64,000 nt of DNA from Eledone cirrhosa. Its lineage: Eukaryota. How positions within the stretch are numbered: the first letter of the stretch is position 1; the number at the start of each line of letters is the position of its first letter. The position numbers and the translations under genes are program-made. Under the pieces are notes generated by a model, which saw only the letters and a program-made list of their open reading frames with translations, was not told the origin of the DNA and searched no databases. Of this stretch, positions 1 through 12,099 are shown piece after piece. The DNA is taken from assembly GCA_964016885.1 (NCBI GenBank), contig OZ024742.1:239196001-239260000 (forward strand). The letters are read 5' to 3'.

Positions 1-2343
1 ATATTTTCATGAAATATATTTGTGGATTCTTGTGGCATTTCTTGCAATTCTTGTTTTGATTTGATCCTATGGCTCCTTTTGCTAGGAATATTAGCACCAA
101 GCCAAATGACCTGATCAGATGAACCAAATAAATGGTGTCCTAACAACTTATCAGCACTCTCATATGCTCCAATGTCTCTTTTCCAATGAGCTGAAGACCA
201 GCTGATTTGTATCTTCCATATTTTGATCTAGTTTCATCCAAATTTTCCCAAACACCTTCAGCCTCATTCTTTTCAGCTTTAGTTTGGTAATTAGTGACAT
301 ATCTTGTCAAAATCATACTATTTTCTCCAATGCATTGAACATCTACATTGGCTTGCCAAATCAAAAGAAGTAAAGGATTATAATCATTGATATATTTTTC
401 AGATGATTTTCTTTGAAGTTGATACAATTTCTTGACACCTCTACCATTTTTTCTTGATTTTACACTTTCTGCCACAGTAAAGAATTTGAATTCTCCATCA
501 GACTTTGGAAATCCAAATCTACACTTTTTTGCAACATTTTTCCCTCTGCCATAAACTCTCCAACAAGTTTTTGTGCATGAATGCACTTGAAATCTAGACA
601 CCAAATTATGCAATGTGGGGCTAGATACAGAAGAAAGCATTCTGCAAGTAATATGTTGCTCAATGAATTGTTGAATTTTTTCTGGAGGGTCCTTGTCATA
701 AATGGGTGCCTGATCACACCAGAGCTTCATATGGGTGTGCGGGGCACCCCTTTGTTGATATTCAATTCTCCAGAAATAATGTGAAACTTTACCAAAAATT
801 GGATTATTTTTTGCCAGAAACACTTATGATAGCATTTAACCTATGGTAAAATAATTCACTAACAGCAACAACATCATTGACACAAAGTGTGCTGGTATTG
901 GCTGTTTTGACATTTGCAATATCACTATTCAATTTTTCCAAATATTCTCTCAAATCTGGCCAACAATATTCTGCACATGAAAGTGTAACAAACAATGTTG
1001 CAGGGCCAAATTTTTCATCCATAGCATGGAGGTCCAATGCCTTTCTATTCCAAAATTGTTTTGAACCCCTGACATTTGCTATCATCATTGAGAGGTTGCC
1101 TTCAAGAGCTTTGTCATTATTTTGTATTTTTTGGTCATTTTTCCTGATTTCATTGACTTCATAATGGCAAAAATTCCAGCATCCAAACCTCTTTTGTCTG
1201 CTTTGTCAACATTGTACAAAAGATATTGGATGTTTCTTCTAAATCTAGGGTCAGAATGCCTAAGTCTGTTCTGACAAACATATGAGGCTTGACATTTCCA
1301 AATTGTCTATCTTGAAACATTCCATTTTTCCCTGTAGGAAACAAAATGGGAAAGCACATCATATCCAATTTTGGATTGTTATCTTTCATTAAATCTCCTT
1401 CCGATAGTCAACAAATGATCAGAATCTTTTGTGCAGTTCTGTCCAGTACACAAAACAATGTCATTGAGATCATTTGTTGTGTCAATTTCAATGTCTTTGT
1501 AAATTTCATTGTTTTCTTTAAGCCAATATAAAGTGCATCCAAAACATTTTGCATATTTACTAATGATTTCCAAATTATTTTATTTTTAGTTGGCAATGAG
1601 TCAACAACAATTTCCAAAGAATTGTGTTCTTTTGATGGTAAAGTGTCCATAACATGATTAATGGTATTTTCCATAGGAATTGGCAAATGAGTTGCTATTC
1701 CTTTGATAGCAGGCAACATTTGGGAGGATGGTCCTTTGAATTTGAATCCTTGAACAAGCTTTATCACATTAATAAAGCATTTGGCTCTTTGTATCAAAAT
1801 TTGTTCATAAATATTCAATTTTGCTAATTCCTTAGGAATTTTTTCAACTTCAAGACCATTGATTGAAGCCAGTAAAGGAATTGTTCCTATTTTCAAATAA
1901 GATTGGCAATTGAGACACATAGTACATGGCAAAGTATAATTTTCTTTAATGATTTCAGGAACTTTTTCATCCCATTCAGTCAAATTTTTCAAATCACTGT
2001 CATATTCTCTTTGTTTGCAAATGTCACGGGCATTAACTTTCATATTTTGAGTTTTTTTATTAAAATTTTTAATAAGATGAGAAAATCTGTTGACAATGTT
2101 GGGTTCAGAATGGTCAACTTCATTTTCTCTTTCAAGCAAACCTCCAATAATTTCAGAACTGATTTGATTAATTGTGTGTTTGTTCACCAATTTTTTAAAC
2201 ATAGGCCAGTTTCCTTCCAAAATAGCAATATCATACAAATGCAGCCAAATGCATACAGCTCTTAATTTGTACACATGATTCACTAATGTTCTAAGTCTGG
2301 GAGTAAGGGGGGCCATTTTTCTAATGAGTTCGAGTTTAGGCAT
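1..2343 (-). mobile_element. Helitron/Helentron Rep (HUH endonuclease) gene, frameshifted, runs off the window start
   Basis: Consecutive minus ORFs: 1408-2343 (CxxC-YLK..IP..A..NGL..IPKEL, DUF6570-like), 1159-1389 (CFPILFPTG), 804-1088 (NVRGSKQFW..DL.AM...GPATLFVTLSCAE..W), 140-823 (RIEYQQRGAPHTH HUH motif; YVTNYQTK tyrosine motif). Confidence 0.9.
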
Positions 2344-2862
2344 AATTTTCTTTGTCAGAAGTAAAATTAATTTTCAAAAGTGAAACTTTTAAGCTTAACA
2401 GTAACAGTTTCACTTTCGACCAGACCTAACTATCGATAATGTTTATTTGAGTAACTTAGTACAGCTACGGTGGATTTATACTAGAGTTATGTCCCTCATC
2501 TGATTTTGTCACTTAAAGTCACTCAACTCGATTTCTATGGCACCAATCTTTTCAATATTGACAAATTTTGATTCAGCTTATCGAGTTCTATCTACTGAGA
2601 TAGGTAGCATGAAATTATATTCGAAATTTAAAAAGTTATGATGAGTCAAAGTCAATGAGGTGCCTTATCCCCCACTACTTGACCACACATATTTTAGCAT
2701 AACTCTTTTTCTACTGATCCAAATTTCAATTTCCTTATACCAAAATGTAGCCTGGGATGAGTCCATTCTAGTGCAAAAAACCTGATCAAATTTGGTTGAG
2801 AACTGAATTAGTGACAAGTCCTAGAAGTGGCTGTCGTTGGGAAAAAGTTGACCGTAAGAAAA

Positions 2863-2914
2863 TTATTCACACACTACTGTGTGTGAATGATCACACATTA
2901 CCGTGTGTGAATGA
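2863..2914. repeat. Twin hairpins, candidate left terminus of the Rep-encoding element
   Basis: attcacacac-tact-gtgtgtgaat followed by tcacaca-ttacc-gtgtgtga, directly abutting (TA)n, about 520 bp upstream of the Rep ORF. Confidence 0.5.
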
Positions 2915-3137
2915 TATATATATTTATTATATATATTTTATAATGTATATATTATATATATATGTATATATTATATATATATGTATATATTATATATATA
3001 TGTATATATTATATATATATGTATATATTATATATATATATATATGTATATATTATATATATATGTGTATATATTATATATATATGTGTATATATATATA
3101 TTATATCTGTATATATTATATATATTATATATTTATA

Positions 3138-3896
3138 CTAGCAGAAAAAACACCTTTCGGGTGGTTTTCTGCTAACATGTGTAGTGTGCATGTAGATATG
3201 ATACATCAAATAAAATCGTAATTGACAATATACACAGAAATTGAACGAAGACTGTGTTACACTGTCTTATGTAGTCAGTAACTTAATCCATGATACATTA
3301 AAAAAAGACGATATTATATATATATAAACAGGTACAAGCTGAAGCATATAGACAATATGCCCCACACCCTCCCACTGCAAAGTGGTCGTGGAGGTGCCAT
3401 GGCAAAAAAGCACCCAGCCCACACTGTAAAGTGGACGTGTAGGCGCCACGGAAAAAAGCACCTAGCACTCACTGTAAATGAGGTTGGTGTTAGGAAGGGC
3501 ATCCAGCTGTAGAAACCAAGCCAAAATCAGTTCCTGTATGAGCAAGGCATGGTCAGCCGACCAGACACTGCCCACAACAGGACAACCCGTCTAACCCATG
3601 CTAGCATGGAAGAACGGTGATGATGATGATGAAACTGCATTAGGAGAAAATTAGTGACGGAAATATATGAATGTTTATTTAAGCGATCGCTAACCGGAAG
3701 TGTTGACATTAAAGAAGTGAATCTTAAACTAAGCAACAAAATTATTTATATTTAATCAAGAATAACGAAATTTAGTAGATAAATTATGTAATAATCATTC
3801 ATTATTTATTCAAAGTAATCCAACTTATTTTACAAACGGGGTAAAAAAATATATTTTGGACGCAGTCCCGCACTCCTTACTTTATTATAGTTTAGA
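3138..3896 (-). mobile_element. Non-autonomous Helitron with both canonical ends
   Basis: Minus strand starts A|TCTAAACTATAATAAAG (3896) and ends with hairpin agcagaaaaccacc-cgaaa-ggtgttttttctgct plus CTAG|T (3138). Interrupted by an RTE 3' module. Confidence 0.7.
3329..3632 (+). mobile_element. RTE 3'-UTR module (5'-truncated), (GAT)n tail
   Basis: Same sequence as the 3' UTR after the RTE fragment at 42600-42918 and as 14187-14500. Confidence 0.8.
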
Positions 3897-3974
3897 TATA
3901 TATATATATATATGTATATATATTATATAAATATGTATGTATATATATATGTGTTTTTTTATATATATTATATA

Positions 3975-4026
3975 TTTACTCTTTTACCTGTTCCACCCAT
4001 CTGGCTGAGGCCATGCTGGGGCACCA
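3975..4026 (-). mobile_element. Short CR1-type/SINE 3' tail
   Basis: Matches the 3' end of the CR1-like element at 50292-50342. Confidence 0.6.
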
Positions 4027-4095
4027 TATTATATAATATATATATATGTATATATTATATTTATATATGTATATATGTGTATATATATATATATA

Positions 4096-4335
4096 CATCG
4101 TTCCTTTGTCAGTGTTGAACAAAAGGGCAACGATGGTTCCCGAACACTGTACGGCTTAATTCGGTCTGTTTGTTTACAAACAAACCGAACATTATAATAA
4201 ATGTTCGGTAAACCCATACGTACATATATATATGTGTCCATGTATGTATATACATACTACTGTACGTCTGTATACATATATGTATGTACGTATACATACT
4301 TATATTTAAGTATCAGCAGTACTAAGAGTGAGATG
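4096..4335 (+). mobile_element. Permuted fragment of the hammerhead unit at 39340-39670
   Basis: catcgttcctttgtcagtgttgaacaaaa matches the reverse complement of 39361-39390. 4252-4333 matches the reverse complement of about 39580-39660. Confidence 0.75.
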
Positions 4336-4900
4336 TATGTATATATTATATATGTATGTATATATGTATCATATATATGTATGTATTATATATATATGTA
4401 TGTATTATATATATATGTATGTATTATATATATATGTATGTATTATATATATATATGTATGTATTATATATATATGTATGTATTATATATATATATATGT
4501 ATGTATTATATATATATGTATATATTATATATATATGTATTATATATATATGTATATATTTTATATATATGTATATATTATATATATATGTATGTATTAT
4601 ATATATATGTATGTATTATATATATATGTATATATTATATATATATGTATTATATATATATGTATTATATATATATGTATATATTATATATGTATTATAT
4701 ATATATGTATATATGTATATATTATATATATATGTATATATTATATATATATGTATGTATTATATATATATGTATATATTATATATATATGTATGTATTA
4801 TATATATATGTATGTATTATATATATATGTATATATTATATATATATGTATGTATTATATATATTATACATATTAAATATTATATATTTATATATATAAT
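4335..4900. repeat. (TA)n/TATG compound microsatellite
   Basis: Low-complexity tract; the ORFs here are artefacts. Confidence 0.95.
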
Positions 4901-7445
4901 ATCATCCCTCGCATCCTTCTAACGTCTCTCCTACGCTAATGGCTCCTTGCTGGCATTTCTTAGCTCTTTTCAATTCACTTTCTCATCTCATAAATGAGTA
5001 GATCTATATTTTACTTTCATTTGGATTCATTCAAGTATGTAGCCTCTTTAATATCCCCAACCGAAACATGCCTTTCTATATTATTTCATTCCACATATTT
5101 CATTCAACCAATCAAACCTCTGCAGTGCAAACTAGTAATCTGCCAACTCAATTCCCACTCCTTGGATAGTTGTTTCTGAGCCTGTTGTTTGTTCTGTATG
5201 GCATATGGATTACTAAGTTGGAGTACTCTTAAACAATGAACCCACCAACCTTCTTTGGACGTCCATGTGATCGCTCTTCTCTATTTCAGACATGGAAAAC
5301 CAACACCAACTCATCTTTCACACCCGCTACCAAGTTTTCATCTCCCTCTCACTCTCCCATTGTACTACATAACTTCAGAGTTGGCACCATCAACATTGGC
5401 ACAATGAAAGGTAGATCTGGAGAGATTGTAGAGATGCTTGAACGAAAGAATGTCGATATGTGCTGTGTACAAGGGACTAACTAGATGGTGAGGTATGTCA
5501 ACTAGATTTCTTGTGGGCAAAAAATGATGCTACAAATTTTTCTTGGTGGTAAATGACGACAGGCTGGGTGGAGTAGGGGTTTTGGTAACAGAAAAATGGG
5601 TTAACAAAGTAATTGCTGTAAATAGAGTAAACGACAGAATAATTAAACTTAGACTTGTACTAAATAGAACAGCCATGACAGTTGTATCTGCATATGCACC
5701 TCAATCTGGACTGCTAGACACACTAGAAGACAGATTTTATGAGTCCCTAATGCACACAACCTCCCACATAAATGACAGCGATTTCATACGCATTGCAGGG
5801 GACTTTAACGGGCATGTTGGGTAACATGGCGAGGGCTTCGAGATTCACAGGGATTATGGGTTCGGTGCTAGAAATGAGGAAGGCTTCAGACTGCTGGAAT
5901 TCTGCGACGTAAATGACTTATCTATCTGTAACACGACCTTCAAAAAATGAGACAACCACATAATCACGTATATATCTGGTGAACACGCCAGCCAAATAGA
6001 TTTCATTCTCACCAGAAGTCATTATTGTACTGCAGGCAATATCGGAAGAGTTTAAGACTAGCTGCCCTTGGGAACTTCTGTATGCAGATGACCTAACCCT
6101 TTTAGCTTATTGTATAGCTGAATTAGAGATGAAATTCCAAACTTGGAAGTACAGCCTGGAATATAAAGGTCTTAAAGTCAACTTAGCAAAGACTAAAGTT
6201 CTCGTAAGTAGAAAGGATAACAGGGCCCAGATCTCCTCAGGGAAATGACCTTGTTCAATGTGCAAAAAAGGAGTAGGTAGAAATTCCATCCTATGTCCCA
6301 AGAGCAAGCTATGGGTACACGAGTTGTAGGTTGGTTAACAAAGAACGTAGTAAAAGCTCTCGGGGGATACAATCACCTTAAAATGCCCAGAGGCTTCTAT
6401 AGAAGTAGTAGATAGCTTCTGTTACCTGGATGACCAAATCAACAGTGGGGGAGGGTGTTCCGAAAGTACAGTAGCCAGAGTGAGATCAGGTTTGAGAAAG
6501 TTCAGGGATCTACTACCAAGGTTTTTCCCTCAAAGTGAAAGGCATACTGTATGATGCATGTATAAGAACAACTATGTTGCATAGCAGTGAGACCTGGGCA
6601 CTGTGTGCAGAGGACCTGCGAAGATTGGAAAGAAATGAAGCTTCCATGCTTCAGTAAATGTGCAATAGCAACATATGTGAATGGCAAAGCATAAATGAAC
6701 TGCATGAGAATTTAGGCATAAGAGGGATCAGATGTATGCAGGAGAGGAGATTGTGTTGGTATGGACGTGTGTTGCGTACGAAGGATGACAGTTGTATAAA
6801 AAGGTGTAGAGCACTCGAAGTTGATAGTAGCTATGGAGTAAGTAGGCCTAGGAAGACTTGGGATGAGGTAATAAGAGCTGACTTTGCTCAATTACACTTC
6901 ACTAAGGCTATGACACAGAACCATGACCTCTGACGCTATGAAGTATCACAGAAGACCCGTCCTCAATTATTCTCAGACTGAGGCATATACCTGGTAGGCA
7001 ACATTATTCCCTACCATTTCCCCTCCCATAAACCTCCCTCTACCTATGTCCCCAATTTACCCAAGCATCTTCCCCACCCCTCCCAAGTTTCCAACCTCCT
7101 CCATAAAGTGATCCCCTGGAGCCATGACAAAAGAACCCAGCCTACACTATAGTGGTCATGCAGGTGTCATGACAAAAAGCACCCAATCCTCACTGTAATG
7201 TGGTCATGTAGGTGTTACTACAAAAAAGCCTCCAGTCGACGCTGTACAGTGGTTGTGTAAGTGACATGGCAAAAAGCACCCACTTCACACTGTAAATGTG
7301 GTTGGCAGTAGGAAGGGCATCCAACCATAGAAACCAAACCCAAATCAGTTCTGTATGAGCGAATCATGGTCCCCCGACCTGATCCGTTATGAAGGGACAG
7401 CCCATCTTACTACTGTGGAAGATGGACGTTAAACGATGATGATAT
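4900..7445 (+). mobile_element. RTE LINE family A, degenerate, with a large internal deletion
   Basis: APE motifs (FRVGTINIGT, SAYAPQ, AGDFNGHVG) jump at about 6020 to RT (CPWELLYADD), then the C-terminus (GxxRPRKTW), a repetitive 3' UTR and a (GAT)n tail. Confidence 0.9.
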
Positions 7446-7479
7446 ATATATGTATATGTATACATTATATTACACACAG

Positions 7480-7514
<35 letters not shown>

Positions 7515-7516
<2 letters not shown>

Positions 7517-8016
7517 AATGTAAATCTGAGCTTTCCGAATATTAATAATAATACTCAATTCATTTGCAATTATGCAAACAGCCTCTTTAAGCCATGTAAG
7601 TAGAATGATATCATCATTCTTTTCTTGTGTTGGCATATAAACAGAATGGCAGACACTAATGTTTCTGGGTGATTACCCTTCATCAGTACCGTATACTGCT
7701 TACAACTGTCAGAGCTAGTGAAAATATATATTTTCTGAAATATACAGTGACTAATCGGCCTGATTTGCATATTAGCAGACTGGCTGATCAGTCAGATCTG
7801 CATATTAGCAGACCCACTGATCAGCCAGATCTGCATATTAGCAGACCCACTGATCAGCCAGATTTGCATATCAGCAGACTGGCCAGTCAGTTTCATGTAT
7901 ACAAGCAATTAATGGCTGGCGTTGCCATAGTTAAATATCTAACAAATAATTTTATCGCTCTACATGGCTGAATATAAGAAATGTAAATCTGAGCTTTTCG
8001 AATATTAATAATAATA
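7515..8016 (-). mobile_element. Hammerhead-containing non-coding unit with terminal direct repeat (retrozyme/Penelope pLTR-like)
   Basis: aatgtaaatctgagcttt.cgaatattaataataata at about 7516 and about 7980; internal 33-bp tandem repeat at 7757-7890; hammerhead at 7648-7690. Confidence 0.65.
7648..7690 (-). ncRNA. Minimal type-I hammerhead ribozyme
   Basis: ggta CTGATGA a gggt-aatc-accc a GAAA cattagtg TC tgcc; helix I ggta/tgcc. Confidence 0.7.
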
Positions 8017-8021
8017 TATCT

Positions 8022-8462
8022 ATACCAACGTAATCTCCTCTCCTGCACACACCATTTGATTCCTTTTGTGCCTAGTTTCTCTCTGTTTGTTTATGCTTTG
8101 CTGTTCATATATGTTACTATTACATATCCATTGGAGCATGCAAGTTTCATTTCTTTCCAATCTATGCAAGTCTTCTGCACACAGCACCCAGGTCTCACTA
8201 CCATGCAACATTGCCGTTCGTATGCATGCATAATACAGTCTGCCTTTCATTTTGAGGGTCAAACCATTTGTAGCTAGCATTGCTAATAGCTCACTGAACT
8301 TCCATCCCATTCTTACTCTGGCCACTGTACTTTCAGAAGACCCACCTCCGCTGCTAATTTGGTCACCTAGATAGCAGAAGCTGTCTACTGTTTTTACCAA
8401 GCCCTCCCAGAATTTGATAGTGTTTGTTTCCTGTGGTCGTTTGCTGCTTACTGTCCCGGTGC
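8022..8462 (-). mobile_element. RTE family A fragment (RT C-terminus)
   Basis: VDSFCYLGDQISSGGG...AMLHGSETW. Confidence 0.9.
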
Positions 8463-8471
8463 ATATATATA

Positions 8472-8510
<39 letters not shown>

Positions 8511-8523
8511 GTGTGTAAATGCA

Positions 8524-8556
<33 letters not shown>

Positions 8557-9318
8557 CCATTAAAATATATTATAATTTAATTTACAGTTGTTTCATCTTT
8601 GTGGGACTCATTGGGTAATGGTATGTGATGAACCTATATAACAATAGATATACATGCACAGCTGCAGATGCGTATATGCAGGCATACGCACACGCACATA
8701 TTTTTGATCGTGTGGTGATGGGTGGATGCGTACTGAGATGTGTGTGTGTGAGAGAATGTGTATGTGTGGGGTGAGGTTGGGGTAGCTACCAACATTAAAG
8801 TAGTTCCCTTTTCCTAATTAATCACTAGAGTATGTGTTTTGTTTTGAGGGTAAAAAGTATTAGTAGATTCACTAACTCAATTTGTCATGTTATTAATTTT
8901 GTTAATTTATACACATATGCCTATGTACATACTCATTGACTGATATGAGCATGTGTCCGTATATGTGTGGGTGTGTGTATTTGTTTGGCATTTATACAGA
9001 GTTTATATAATACTAAGTCTGTAATTGCTTGCTTGCTTGCTTGTCTGTAATGTAATACAGCCAAAAGGGCACATAATGGGAAAATACTTTGAAAGGAAGT
9101 TGACCCTGAAATGGGAATACAAATGGAATAAAACAAATTTCACATAAATCGAAGCACGGGTTCCCGAGATATGGGGTTTTTCCGGGTACCTTCATAAACA
9201 GAGAGAGAGAAAAAGTAGAGGTTGTGAGAGAGTAGATTGAAAGAGAGACATAGAGAGAGGGAGAGGAGACAGAACGAGAATGGAAGAGAGAGAGAGCTGG
9301 TGATGTTGTGTATATATA

Positions 9319-9353
<35 letters not shown>

Positions 9354-9354
9354 G

Positions 9355-9876
9355 TAAATATCTTTAAGTCGTTTGGAAGCCTCAACAATGCAAATGGGTA
9401 AATCTCCGGGTAACAAGGTCCGGTGGTGGAGAGAGAGATGTAAGTGGGTGTACGTTGAGATGCGTGATGTGTATAAGATGTGTGAGATGTGTAGAATGAA
9501 GGGAAGAGTATATAGGATAAAAATAAAAATAACAACACAAGAGAGAGTTACCTTGGGAGAGATTTAATAGTCCCTATATATTTCGGATTCACATCCATCA
9601 ACTGGGGTTTTTTTCCGGGGTGGGGGAAAAGGTCTGTCGGACAAGTCCGGAACGCGTCTTTCGCTGTTTGTTGTTTTGGATATTCTCTCTTGTGTTGTTA
9701 TTTTTATTTTTATCCTTTATACTCTTCCCTTCATTCTACACATCTCACACATCTTATACACATCACGCATCTCAACGAACACCCACTTACATCTCTCTCT
9801 CCACCACCGGACCTTGTTACCCGGAGATTTACCCATTTGCATTGTCGAGGCTTCCAAACGACTTAAAGATATTTAC
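9355..9876. repeat. Inverted repeat, about 200-bp arms (9355-9552 / 9678-9876), degenerate hammerhead in the spacer
   Basis: Arms are near reverse complements. Spacer minus strand 9572-9607: ccc CAGTTGA t ggat-gtga-atcc GAAA tata TA ggg. Confidence 0.85.
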
Positions 9877-9929
9877 TTATTGTTCCACAATGCTTCAAGC
9901 AAACTTCAATACTCTCTTATATATATATA

Positions 9930-9990
<61 letters not shown>

Positions 9991-10047
9991 CTATGACCAG
10001 TGTATATAGATCACAGACACCCATATATATATACACAGACACATATA

Positions 10048-11219
10048 TATCATCATCATCATCATCAGGTTTAGCGTCCGTGTTCCACGCTTGCATGGGT
10101 TTGGACGGGGGTTTTCCCACTTGAAGCAAGAGTGGTTGTCTTGCTCGCATAGGACTGTCTGGCGGGTTTTCTACAGTTGGATGCCCTTCCTAACACCAAC
10201 CACATTTACAGTGTGGGTCTGGGAGGTTTTTACCGTGTTGCCTACACGGCCACATTACAGCGTGGACTGTCTGGCGGGTTTTCTACAGCTGGATGCCCTT
10301 CCTAACACCAACCACATTTACAGTGTGGGGCTGGGAGGTTTTTACCGTGTTGCCTACACGGCCACATTTACAGCGTGGACTGTGTGTTTTTTGTCGTGAC
10401 ACCTACACGATCTCATTTGTTTCGGCCTGGATGTTGTGGGACCAACATAACTTTACATTGAAAGGGGCGGTGTGGGTGGGGTGGAGGTGGTGGGACGGGG
10501 GTGTGTTTTGATAGAGATGCCTACTGACTGTAGTAGGTTTTTACTTTGTATTTAGGTAAGGCGGGTCTTCTCTATTACTGAGTACCGCCAAAGGTCTCGG
10601 TCCAGTGACATTGTCTTGGAGAGGTGTAAGCGTGTGAGGTCGGAATTTATCAGCTCGTCCCATGTTTTTCTGGGTCTGCCTACTCCGTGGCTACCGTCTA
10701 TCTTTATTGCCCTGCACTTTGTTATACAGCTGTCGTCTTTCATGCGCATCACGTGACCGTACCAACGTAGCCTTCTCTCGAGTAAACAACATCTGATCCC
10801 TCTTATTTCTAATTTTTTCCTTAGTTCGTTTATGCTTTGCCGTTCACGTATATTACTATTGCACATCCAGCGGAGCATGCAAGCTTCGTTCCTCTCTAGT
10901 CTGCGTATATCCTCTGCACACAATGCCCAGGTCTCACTGCCATGCAGCATTGCTGTTCGTATGCAGGCATCGTATAACCTGCCTTTCATTTTTAGGGAGA
11001 ACCCTTTAGCGGCTAATAGTGGTATAAGCTCTCTGAACTTTTTCCATCCAGTTCTGACTCTAGCTACTGTACTTTCAGAGCACCCTCCCCCACTGCTGAT
11101 TTTGTCACCCAGGTAACGGAAGCTGTCCACTATTTCTATAGAACCCTCTGCGCAGTTGAAGGAGCTAGTATTTTGTGGGCACTTGCTGCTACTTATTGCA
11201 CCAGAGCACCGGCCACATG
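10048..11219 (-). mobile_element. RTE family A, young 5'-truncated copy
   Basis: ORF 10552-11358 C-terminal part is near-identical to 54694-55361; same 3' UTR with an approx. 112-bp duplication. Confidence 0.95.
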
Positions 11220-11253
<34 letters not shown>

Positions 11254-11371
11254 TACATATATATATGTATGCACACAAACACACACATATATATGTATGC
11301 ACACACACACACACATATATGTATGCATACACACACATTTATATATATACATACACACACATATATATATA

Positions 11372-11500
11372 TGGGCCTTCCAGTTTCACATTATATACAT
11401 GTCTGAATATTTTAATTACTTAAAAATTATTTTTAAGTGAACATGATTTTTAAAAAACATTTTGAAGTGAACGTGACCCAACGGGTCACGGGTGGTCTAG
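11372..11500 (+). mobile_element. Helitron 3' terminus
   Basis: Hairpin cgtgaccc-aac-gggtcacg (11472-11490), 6 nt, then CTAG|T. Confidence 0.7.
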
Positions 11501-11540
11501 TTATGTATATATATGTATATATATATGTATGTATATATAT

Positions 11541-12080
11541 TTAGTCGTTAGCGACTAAACTGGCAACCCCACCAAGGTTTCTTGGTGAGGAGGGTGACTT
11601 TGGACATCCTGCAGGACTAAAAACAAAACCTGTCAAAGGGCAAAGGAGCTCTTAAGAGTCAATGGCCATTCAAAATCACCGGGAGAGATGACCCCTTAGC
11701 CTTTGTCAAGGCAGAATTCTAGGAGAAGGAAAACTCTGATATAACACCTGCAATCCTGATGGTATCCAATGATGTTGACTTTTTGGTAAATATCATCTTG
11801 GTTAAGAGAGTGGGACTGGCTTTGTGCAGTGCCTTTGCTCACTATAAAAGCTTCACGGCACAGGCATTGCTTTATATCTGGAGATCTCTCTGCACTTATC
11901 GTCACAAGGTACCATGGGCCCAGTACTATGTGTCAATAATTGTCACAAGTGTAGTGTTTGTACCAGAGTTTTCAAGTCGCTGGCTGGACTAAAAAGTCAC
12001 ACTCGTTCAGCGCATCGGTAGGGGTTCTCCTACATGGATATAAAGTAGTGGCCGTACTCGAAAACGAGTTGGCAGCCGCC
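11541..12080 (+). mobile_element. Short bipartite non-autonomous RTE/BovB-like element
   Basis: RTE-like 5' motifs (aaaacaaaacctgtcaaaggg, ggagaaggaaaactctga) joined to a C-terminal C2H2 finger CSVCTRVFKSLAGLKSHTRSAH* and a 3' hairpin actcg-aaaa-cgagt. Confidence 0.6.
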
Positions 12081-12099
12081 ATATATATATATATATATA

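Noticed and set aside
4201-4922. Long Y/I/C/M-rich ORFs (also at 34-35, 41-44 and 50 kb)
   Set aside because: Translations of (TA)n microsatellites.
7757-7890. CRISPR-like periodicity (also 7110-7310, 21666-21797)
   Set aside because: Tandem units without unique spacers, no cas genes, eukaryotic context.
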